Source of the DNA: Octopus sinensis
Lineage: Eukaryota
Length of the DNA: 64,000 nt
Reading direction: 5' to 3'
NCBI RefSeq assembly: GCF_006345805.1
Contig: NC_042998.1
Span: 99,138,001 to 99,202,000, forward strand
Part shown: positions 54,378 through 64,000 of the stretch, in pieces
How positions within the stretch are numbered: position 1 is the first letter of the stretch
Layout of the letters: the number at the start of each line of letters is the position of its first letter
Translations under genes and position numbers: made by a program
The notes under the pieces: model-generated
Seen by the model: the letters and a program-made list of their open reading frames with translations, nothing else
What the model was told of the DNA's origin: nothing
Databases searched by the model: none

Positions 54378-54727
54378 TCTCTTTATCACAGGTTTTGTTG
54401 GAGCTCCTGGTGTCTTGCATGCGTAGCGGGCTTGCTACCTGCAACCTATGCTACTCGTTCTTTTCATTATTATTATTATTATCATGAAGGCGGCAAGCTG
54501 GCAGAACTATTAGCATGCTGGGCAAAATGTTTAGTGGTATTTTGCCCATCGCTACATTCTGAGTTCAAATTCCACCAAGCTTGACTTTGCCTTTCATCAT
54601 TTTGGGGTCAATAAATTAAGTACCAATTGTGTACTGGAGTTGACCTAATTGACTGGCCCCCTCCCCGCAAATTTCAGGCTTTGTGCCTATAGTAGAAATT
54701 ATTATTATTATTATTATTATTATTATT

Positions 54728-55229
54728 GAGTGAGAGAGCATTGCATGCCATCAAAGTGACACAGGGGTAAAATATACGAAGCCCAGTATACCCATCATGA
54801 CTACCCATCTGATAAGAGTACACTAGGCACATGCATCACAACCATGTGTGCGTGACATGGTGATCACATATCAAGATAAACAGCACATGGCCTTGCAGGT
54901 GGGGTCCAGTTAGAATTTTCTTCTGGTCAAGTAACCCATCCCACTCAAAAGGTCCCTGAATAGGGGTTTAAGAATGTTGAACGAAACACCCATGTTTCCA
55001 GGGGTGAATTATTCAAACCCCAAAGAATCCCTCTCGACACATAGCAATGATGCTCCCCCTCTACTTCTGCTTGAGATCAGAGATGCACATATCGTCAGCC
55101 ACTAAGGGACATGCTCAACTGGTTACAGTCAAACAACTGACAAGCAAATCTGTGGTATTGAGCAGAATATTTGCTGTAGCTCATCTTTTATACCAAGACA
55201 AAACAATGTATATGAGAGCCACTGCCTGG
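54728..55229. mobile_element. Unclassified repeat inserted in (ATT)n; related inverted copy at about 50010-50195
   Basis: Shared GAGTGAGAGAG..CATGCCATCAAAGTGA..GGCACATGCATCACA..ATCAAGATAAACAGCACATG. Confidence 0.7.
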
Positions 55230-55251
55230 TATTATTATTATTATTATTAAG

Positions 55252-55286
<35 letters not shown>

Positions 55287-55480
55287 GATTATTATTATTA
55301 CTATAAGAGTAATGAAGTAAAAGGAACGGTAGAACACCAGTCTGGTAAGTTGTATTTAATTTTGATACTCTTTTTTCGTCCCAGTGATAGATAGATATCA
55401 ATAGAATAAGTAATAGCTATGTCTCTTCCTTCTAAATTTGTGGCCTTGTGTTAAGTGGAAAAATTTATAATTGCTACTAC

Positions 55481-55516
<36 letters not shown>

Positions 55517-55743
55517 ATCTGTTATGCAATTGTAATAATAAAAGATTTTGTTACTGATTCTCTGTAAAGCATTTTGTTTTATTTAAAAAAAGGAAAACTT
55601 AATCAGTCATTGTGTTGTCTAGACAGGTAATGCATCTTATTGTAATTGTTTCATATCTCATTCTATAACTGACTTGCCCCAAGCCAACAAGGGTGCTTCT
55701 ACATGGTTGCTCAGCCTGTTACAAATAGCTCTTCCCTCTAAAA

Positions 55744-55906
55744 CAGGCATAGGCAGCCTTTTTTCAAGAAGCAGGTCGCATGAGACATACCTCATCATCA
55801 GATAGGGTGCCTTACTAAAATTAGCAGGTAATGTTTTGTTAGGCATGTCTTTCAGAAAGTCCTGCAGACTGCATGTTGCCCATAGACCACAGATAGCCCA
55901 TGACTG
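55744..55906. mobile_element. hAT MITE
   Basis: CAGGCATAGGC / GCCCATGACTG termini; flanks ctctaaaa and ccctaaac. Confidence 0.6.
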
Positions 55907-56087
55907 CCCTAAACACAGCATATCACATTAAAAAGAACACAATACACTGTATTTGAATAAAAGACAAAATATTCAAGGTTGGAACATGTTCCATCATAGG
56001 CCTTCTCAATCGCAGCCTACCAGAGACTAAACAACAGCAACAACTGACTGGTCAGTATTGGAATAGCCAAGCTACAAAGATACTTAC

Positions 56088-56501
56088 TCAAATAATTCAT
56101 ATTATTTACATTCAACAGATATTTGTCCTCATCTTGTTTATTGTTAACACAACGTTTTGGCTGATATACCCTCCAGCCTTCTTCAGGTGTCTTGGGGAAA
56201 TTTCGAACCTGGGTTCTCATTTCTAAGATATTTTTCGATGTTATTTGTTAGAGTTCGATTCCAAGCAGTGACCTGAACACTAACAACAACAACAACAATA
56301 ATAATGATAATAACATAGAAAAATACCTTAGGAATGAGAACCTAGGTTCGAAATTTCCCCAAAACACTTCAAGAAGGCTGGAGGGTATATCAGCGGAAAC
56401 ACTGTGTTAACAACAAACAAGATGAGAATAAATATCCATCAAATGTAAATAATGTACAGAATTCCTCATCTCTTAAATATAAAACTGTATCAAATAATTC
56501 A
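56088..56501. mobile_element. ORF-less inverted-repeat element with two degenerate hammerhead motifs and a 12-bp TSD
   Basis: Arms about 56100-56245 and 56308-56454; TCAAATAATTCA at 56088-56099 and 56490-56501. Confidence 0.82.
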
Positions 56502-56939
56502 GTCGAAACTTTCCATCCCATAGTAAGTATGGAAAACTAGTTTTAAAGTGTTTGATGTACATCAATTAAATGCAGAATAAAATTAACCACTACCTTTTCA
56601 ATGAATTACAGTAGACGTTGTCATTGTTTAATTCCCAAGTAAACTCAGATGAAGCAAACATGATCAGAGGTATTCTAGTTGTGGTCATTCCAAAGGAATT
56701 TTGTCTAATGTGTCCTTTCCTTATTTAAGGGTGTGATTTAAGAGATATTTAACTGCTAATTTTTGTAGGACAAGGGACTGTGATGGACGTTGACACATAT
56801 ATGGCTGTGTGGTTAAGGAGTTCACTTTGAAACTATGTAGTTTCAGGTTCAATCCCACTCATGGCATCTTGAGCAAGTAACTTCTACCATAGCCTCAAGC
56901 TGATCAACATCTTGTGAGTTAATTTGGTAGAAACCCTCA

Positions 56940-57155
56940 CCCATGCTTGTGCCACATAAAAGCCCTCATGCCAGTGCCATGTAAAAATCACCCAGCACAC
57001 TGTAAAGTGGTTGGTGTTAGGAAGCGCATCCAGCCATAGAGACCATACCAAATCAAACCTGGAACTTGGTGCAGCTCTCTTGTTTGCCAGCTCTGGTCAA
57101 ACCATCCAACTCATGCCAGCCTGGAAAATGGACGTTAAAGAACGATGATATTGAT
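56940..57155 (+). mobile_element. RTE LINE 3' end
   Basis: CATGCCAGCCTGGAAAATGGACGTTAAA..GATGAT. Confidence 0.8.
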
Positions 57156-57339
57156 ATATATATATATATATATATATACTCTTTTACTCTTTCACTTGCC
57201 TTTAGTTGAGCAAATTGACCCCAGGACTTATTCTTTGTAAGCCTAGTACTTATTCTATTGGTCTCTTTTGCTGAACCGCTAAGTTACGGGGACGTAAACA
57301 TACCAACATCAAGTGATGTTGGGGGGACAAACATAAACA

Positions 57340-58701
57340 CACACACCTATACATATATATATATATGGACACATAGGTGTGGAGACCTGTATATTTCAGG
57401 AGTTACACGTACCCTTGCGTGGAAGTATGTACCTGCGTAGGTGCACACACATTAGTGCACGCGCGTGTATATGCGTATATGGGCATATATGTGCATATGA
57501 GTATGTCCATGTGTGTGCGTGTAGTGGTGGGTGTATATACACGTTTGTATGGATGTGTACATAGGTATATATATGTGTGTGTATATGTATATGTGTGTAT
57601 GTTTGTACACTTATGTGTATGTGTGTGTATGTATATGTGTATGTATACATGTATATACATTTCTAGTACCTCTTTGTTCAAGTGCATAAGGATACATATG
57701 CACGTGTGTGGACATGTGAATGGGTATACCTGTTTCTGTGCATGTGGGGATATATGTACATATGTCTATGTTCTTGAATCTGGGTGTGTTTATATATATG
57801 CATTTATGTGCACTCGTGCATGCGTGAGGACGGGTGTATGTATGCATATATAAACAGGTGTGTGTACACATGAACTTGAATGAACCTCTATGGATGCATA
57901 CATGTCGATGTATGCATGTGTTTGCTTGTGTATGGGTTTCATGGAATATGTGTACACATGTACTTATACATATGTATATGTATACATATACATGCGTGTG
58001 TGTGTATGTGTACTGTATATATGGGTGTAAGGATGGGTATATATATGTATATATATATATATATATTATATGTATATATAGATATGTGTGTGTGTGTATG
58101 CGTATGTATACATGCCCGTGTGTGTATCTATGTGTGTGGGTATATATATATTTTTTTAGTTGGGGGGGGATGTATGTGTGAGTGTACATAGTCTGGCGCA
58201 ACATGGTAAATTCCATTGTCTCGACCACGGTCGAACAATGATGATGATGATGATATATATGCGTATATGCATATGTGTGTATATGCATAGAGATTTGCTT
58301 ACTTATGTATGTGTGTATGTACGTGTGTGTGCATAGGTACGTATGTGCGTGGGTTCTTATACCTAGCTGCATGCACATTTTTCCATGTGTGTATATGCGT
58401 ACCTATATGTTTGTGTATGTATGTGTATATTGAGATATATATGTATGTACGTATATGAGTATGTATATGTGCGGGCACGTATATATGTATGTGTGTGTAT
58501 GTATTTGTATGTATATGGATATGTGTGCAGATGTATGGGTGTGCGTATATATATATGTATTTAGTTTGGGTATCTGTGTGTAGCGGTATGTATGTATATG
58601 TGTATATCCGTGGCGGTACTATTATACATGTGTATATATATGTGTGCGTGTGTATATATATATGCATGCATATGTGTGTGTGTGGACGTGTATATGTATG
58701 T

Positions 58702-58742
<41 letters not shown>
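57340..58742. repeat. About 1.4-kb degenerate alternating purine/pyrimidine (TA/TG/CA) tract
   Basis: Direct inspection. Confidence 0.9.
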
Positions 58743-58746
<4 letters not shown>

Positions 58747-59145
58747 TTGATTGATAATAACACGGGGGGGGGGCAGACGTTTTTTATGAGAAAATAGATA
58801 AGTTTATAGACACACACCAACTTGGAGCAGACAACTTAAACTGACCATCCGCCTTCTATCATACAGCTCCCCAGATAATTAAGTTTTAATTTATGACACT
58901 CACTAATACATCCTAAAGCTTCATCCTCAACCGGCATATATTTTTTTCTGTATCTCCTTATTCTTACCTTACTTTATCCTTATGTCCACTTTTTAAAAAA
59001 ATTTTTATCCCTTTATATTTTTTTTTTCGCTTCTTTATCTTTATTTATTTATATTTCCATGTTATTTTTCACGGCTACACTGTCACAATACAGCTCTAGA
59101 GCTCTAGACCAGACACACGACATCCTTTGTATCTTTATATACTTA

Positions 59146-59515
59146 CTAGCAGTATCGCCCGGCGTTGCTCAGGTTTGTAAGGGAAATAACTATAAAGCAT
59201 TTTTAGAGAGTTATAGCCAAAGAATAGCAAAAAAATGGAAAAAAATGATGGTAAATTTTTTAGGTGGAGTTGCGTCCCCTACACAGTTTGTGGTTTGTGT
59301 TCCTGATTCTCAACCCCATGTCGAATTTATCGATTTTTTTCAGAACTGGGAGAACTTTTCAAAATTTTCACTGCGTTAGTTTTGAATTATGACATTGGGC
59401 TATGTGTGTGTCAAGTTTCATCAGAATCGGTTGAAAGCCGTGGTCAGGGTGAGGGTACAAGCAAACAGACACACAGAAACACGCACAGACAAACTGCCGT
59501 TTATATAGAGAGAGA
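59146..59515 (-). mobile_element. Non-autonomous Helitron
   Basis: Minus strand A|TCTCTCTCTATATAAAC..(GTCT/GTGT repeats)..GC-rich subterminal segment GAGCAACGCCGGGCGATACTG-CTAG|T. Confidence 0.8.
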
Positions 59516-60056
59516 TTTTTTTACATTTTTACTCTTTTTTTACCATTTTACTCTTTTATTACATTTTGCACTTACTATTATCCTGTATAATAATGTTTAG
59601 ATTTATACATATACTTTTTCCTCTTTGTGATCCCAAATTCATTAAAGATTCACCCCCTCCCACTCCTTCCCTCTTTATCTCAACATCCAACCTCCTCATT
59701 CTATATCCAGTGAAAAAACGGTATGGACGTTTTGTTTTGGTGTCTCGCTTTGCCATATACAACTATGAGGATTTGCATTCCCAACGAAGAAACTCATCTC
59801 TTTCCCAAACTTCTTCTCAAACCTGCTATAATGTAATACATGTCTTTAGTGTGGTAATTGTGCATGGCTGAAGAAGGCTATTGACATACATGTTACATCA
59901 ATTATGCATTGATATAAACTGTCCAATAAAGCCATAAACATATGTACCGCTAAATCCATTGCATCCTGTTTTTCTTTTGATAAATATACCCTATCACCTA
60001 CACCACTAACTGGCATATACAGGTGCTTACAGTTATCAAGTATTCACCCTGAATTT

Positions 60057-60109
<53 letters not shown>

Positions 60110-60266
60110 GACAGGCTTCTTTCAGTTTCCGTCTACCAAATCCACTCACAAGGCTTTGGTCAGCCGAGGCTATATTAGAAGACACTTTTGGCCAAGGTGC
60201 CACGCAGTGGGAATGAACCCAGAACCATGTGGTTGGTAAACAAGCTACTTACCACACAGCCACTCC

Positions 60267-60301
<35 letters not shown>

Positions 60302-61819
60302 TCATCTAAGAAACCATAAGTCAGAAATAGTAGACACTCATATATTTGTCAATAGGAGTGGGTATATTAATCAAAGTATGCATTATTAGAGATCTATCAT
60401 AGCTGATCTAACCAATTAGTTTTGCACCTGATATTAGGTGATTGGAGGATCATCTATTTACTGTGTTCAGTGATAGCAGATATAGAATGAATGGCAACTG
60501 CTCTCTGTTGCTGGAGGTGAGGAAGTGCTACATCCGATTTGTGGGTGTTGTGAAAAAGATGAAACAAAGTTGCAGGAGGCAATTAAGAGAGGGATTCATC
60601 AAGTGTTATGTCCCTTAACCCCAAAAATCCAGTTGAGATGCCAGTAAAAGTGCAGTGGGTTGATAAGTTTGTAAGGGCGTATGTGCAGGGTTGGGGGCAA
60701 AACCAAACCTTTAACCTCTTGTGTGGGTGTGTATGAACATGTGTGTTTATGTGTACATGGATTGATCAAAACATTGCTGGGATCAGAAGTTGTGATGGTG
60801 GAAGGACCAATAGTGGAAGTCCTGGCATTTACAATCATGATGGAACTCATAGGTAAGTAATCATGTATCTTCATTCATGTGGGCACAAACAAAAAAATTT
60901 CACTCCTGCAGTTTATGTAGATGTCTCAGTGATGCAACATTTTAACATAATTCTTTTCTTGGTTAGGTATAGCCTACACTTTCTGATTATTTTAATATAA
61001 GGCTTGCACTTCTCCAGGATTCTCCACTTGTTGCTGTAATCTGTTGAACTTTCCTTCAATAACTATATGTGCCTAGCCAGGGCTGTAATGTTGTGTCTCT
61101 CCTAAATATTAAAGGTGGATTTACAGTTGTTAAGTCTGGTCCCCAAAAAGTGCGATAGATTCATTAATAATAATTGGAGTGTAAGCGGGATCAGAAAAAA
61201 AATTGTGAGATCATGGTTTCAATTCCCAGACTAGGCAGTGTGTTGTATTCTTGAGCAAAGCACTTCATCTCACATTGCTCTGAGACCTTTTCAATATCTG
61301 GCATGTGATACACCATGCACCTGCATAGGCAATGTCAATTTGATTGAGAGAATGAGTTAATGTCCAGCAAAAACATGATCATTATAAATAAATCACCTGT
61401 GCAGGTTGTTTGGCTAGAAATTGCTGAATCCTCATCTGTCAGTTACAGCAAGAGATGTCACTACAAGCAATGTAAGTGAAACTTTTTTAACTGTACTGAG
61501 AATTGTTGTATATCCAAAATTTACAGGAGTAAAATTCCTGCATACTCAGTATTTACATTGTTGCATACTCAAAATTTTAGTGGGGAAATGCCTTGGATTT
61601 AAGAAAGGGAATTATGTGTGATGGTTGTAACTTTCTCAAGAATATCAGGAAGGAAAAATAGCTACAACTGACAAATGCAAAACAAAACAGGAAAAATTCA
61701 CGGTTCAGAGGCTTGGATCAGTACATGAGTAAATGAAAACGTTTTTCAATATATCTTAATAATAAATGTTTGAAAAGAACTTATCACAGCTGATAATAAG
61801 CTTGTGTGGCTTTCATGAT

Positions 61820-62820
61820 CTCTTTAATCTTTAAATTGTTTCAGCTTTGAAGCTGCAGTCATGCTGGGGCACCACCACTGACTGTGCTACACCAGTATTT
61901 GAAACTTCCTCTGATATGTGGCATTTGGTGAATGAGGGAATTTGATGATGCTGCCTTCATCCATGTTTTCTGCCATGAGGTAGGCTCATCTGGAAACCTT
62001 GACCGGAGAAAATCCAGTTTTGTTTTGAAGACACCTACATCCAACCCATGCAAGTCTCTCAGGCATTATGGAAGGATATTGAAGAGCTGTGGACCTTTGA
62101 AACACAAGCTGTTGCAGTATCACGTCCTGCAGATGGAGATGCTGGGATCATTGACAGTATGCTGTGGTGCCCTATTCTGCTGTGTATGTAACTTTCAATG
62201 CCAAAGTTTGATACAAGGCCTTTCAGGATTTTCCAGATGCATATCATTGCATATCTTTCCTGCTTTCATTCTAGAGAGAAGAGTTTTAATTCTTTCAGTC
62301 TTTCCCAGTAGTTGATATGTTGCATTAAGGCAATTTTCTTTGTGTAGCTTCATTAGATTGCTTCAAGTTCCACTGTTAATTTTATATTGTGTGGTGACCA
62401 TAGTTGGGACCAGTAGTCCAAGTGGCTGAGGAAGTATGTCCTCCAAAGGACCATCATTGTTTCCTTTTCTCTTGTTTTGAAAGTTCAGAGGATCCATCCA
62501 ACTAGCCATCTGCATTTTATTACCAAATTGGTAATATGCACTTGTAAAGATGCATCATTGCTCATGTCAATGCCCAGGTCACACACTGATCTTGATTCAG
62601 GGATTACAATTCCTCCTGGGCCAGTGTATACTGTCTGCATGTTATTCAGCTTTGTGTACTGGTAGTACAAGGCTTGGAATTTTCCTGCATTAAACTGCAT
62701 GTTGTTGTCCTCAGCCCACCTGTATATTGCATCCAACTCCCATTGCAGAGGTGCAATATTTCCTGGATTTTGTATTATCTGAGAGCCTTTTGTGTCATCT
62801 CCATAGCTAGCAAGGGTGAG
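61820..62820 (-). mobile_element. 5'-truncated CR1/L2-group LINE with intact 3' tail
   Basis: LASYGDDTK, WAEDNNMQFNAGKF, DLGIDMS, LDYWSQLWSP, FKTKLDFLRSRFPDEP. Confidence 0.88.
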
Positions 62821-62926
62821 AAAATATGAAATGCTTCATGAATTTGCCTGTCATCCTCGTACAGGGGCAATGCTAATCTTCTTTGCATCATTCCAATTTT
62901 AGAATATGTACTGCCATAGCTAGCAT
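62821..62926 (-). pseudogene. U6: Full-length U6 snRNA retrocopy
   Basis: Minus strand ATGCTAGCTATGGCAGTACATATTCTAAAATTGGAATGATGCAAAGAAGATTAGCATTGCCCCTGTACGAGGATGACAGGCAAATTCATGAAGCATTTCATATTTT is colinear with U6; ACAGAGA box mutated. Confidence 0.93.
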
Positions 62927-64000
62927 GGCATATTAGGTAAAACAAACTAAAAAAACTTAACATGTAGATGTAATTTTTCTTTCTCCATGAAAACATCAAA
63001 ATCTAGCTTACAGACATAGCTATATTATTAACCCTTTTGGTAACATTCCACCTGTATGTTAATTTATGCTCCATACACCAGCTAAATAATGACATAGTTA
63101 TTTTTCTAAGTTCTTAATTCTCTTCAAAATTCATTGAAACAAAGACAGGGTAATTTTAACAGAAACATAGTAATAAAGAGGTTAAATGTTAACTTGCATG
63201 AGGATTTTGTTTAAGAGTTCTGATAAGAGAAGTCTTTTAATGGGGTGGTTTATGGAAATGTTGAATGGTTATTGAAGTATCTCGAAAGCTTTTAATCCAT
63301 GGGACATATATGAAATCAAAAATGGTTGTTATGTTGTGAAAATGAAAAAGATATGATATCAAACCCAAATGAAGTTAAATTAATGGATTAGAATTTCAAT
63401 TATTTTGTGTGTTGATATAGATCCAACTGATGGTGATGAGTGAAATGATCAATGGAATTAATAATCATCATATTGAAAAGCTAGAAGTCTAACAAAGTTC
63501 TGTTTCCAAAACTAGTGCTGAATGTTATTAGAAATATTGGCATTATTAGGCAACAAATAAGTCACAAACTGGCAGAATCATTTGCATGCCAGACAAAATT
63601 CTATTTTGTCTATCTTTACGTTCTAAGTTCAAATTCCACCAAGTTGACTTTGCCTTTCATCCTTTTGGGGTGATTCAATTTCTTGTGCTTATAGCATAAA
63701 AGAGTAGAAAAGATAGTAGGCAGTGATTAAAATTCTAAAACTATATAAAGCAATGCTTTTTTTATGTTTTCTTAACATTTTTGTGTCAGAAGACTCTTCT
63801 CTTATTCTTTCGTAAACACATCATTCTCTTCTCTTCACAACAACATTCAACAGCTACTGCAGTGCACCAACTCCAGATATATTTGTAAACCAAACATCTA
63901 CAATGGTGACCAAACTGATGTACAAAAAAATTTATGCTGGTAACCTGAATGGAAGAGCACGTTGTAATTTCTGCCTTCAACAAGTTAGACTACACCACCT

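Noticed and set aside
57377-58820. Overlapping ORFs up to 255 aa
   Set aside because: Low-complexity RY tract lacking stops; no protein features
62821-62926. Functional U6 gene
   Set aside because: ACAGAGA box and other positions mutated; fused to a LINE
63786-64000. Possible Tc1 transposase fragment at the window edge
   Set aside because: No diagnostic motif or TIR; too weak to call

Overview
AT-rich, repeat-dense eukaryotic genomic DNA. The repeat landscape ((TA)n tracts, tRNA-derived SINEs, RTE LINEs with (GAT)n tails) suggests a coleoid cephalopod such as Octopus; that assignment is inference. One spliced + strand host gene encodes a FAM228-family protein, with confident exons at 32654-37846 and probable exons at 3143, 7942, 21562, 30958 and 51892. 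Its introns and flanks are filled with RTE, CR1-like, R4/Dong-like and Penelope-like retroelements, Tc1/mariner, hAT, piggyBac-type MITEs, Helitrons and SINEs. Most ORF-track entries are microsatellite or antisense-TE artefacts. The main hidden signal is a set of unrelated short, mostly ORF-less inverted-repeat elements (about 45.9-47.0 kb, 50.3-51.3 kb, 56.1-56.5 kb) carrying outward-facing minimal type I hammerhead ribozyme motifs with palindromic stem III; one family has a compensatory U3-A8 core. Also notable are a full-length U6 snRNA copy fused to a 5'-truncated CR1-like LINE, a LINE/SINE shared 3' tail, and a PHD-type finger inside RTE ORF2. TE boundaries are approximate, and no searches or folding programs were run.
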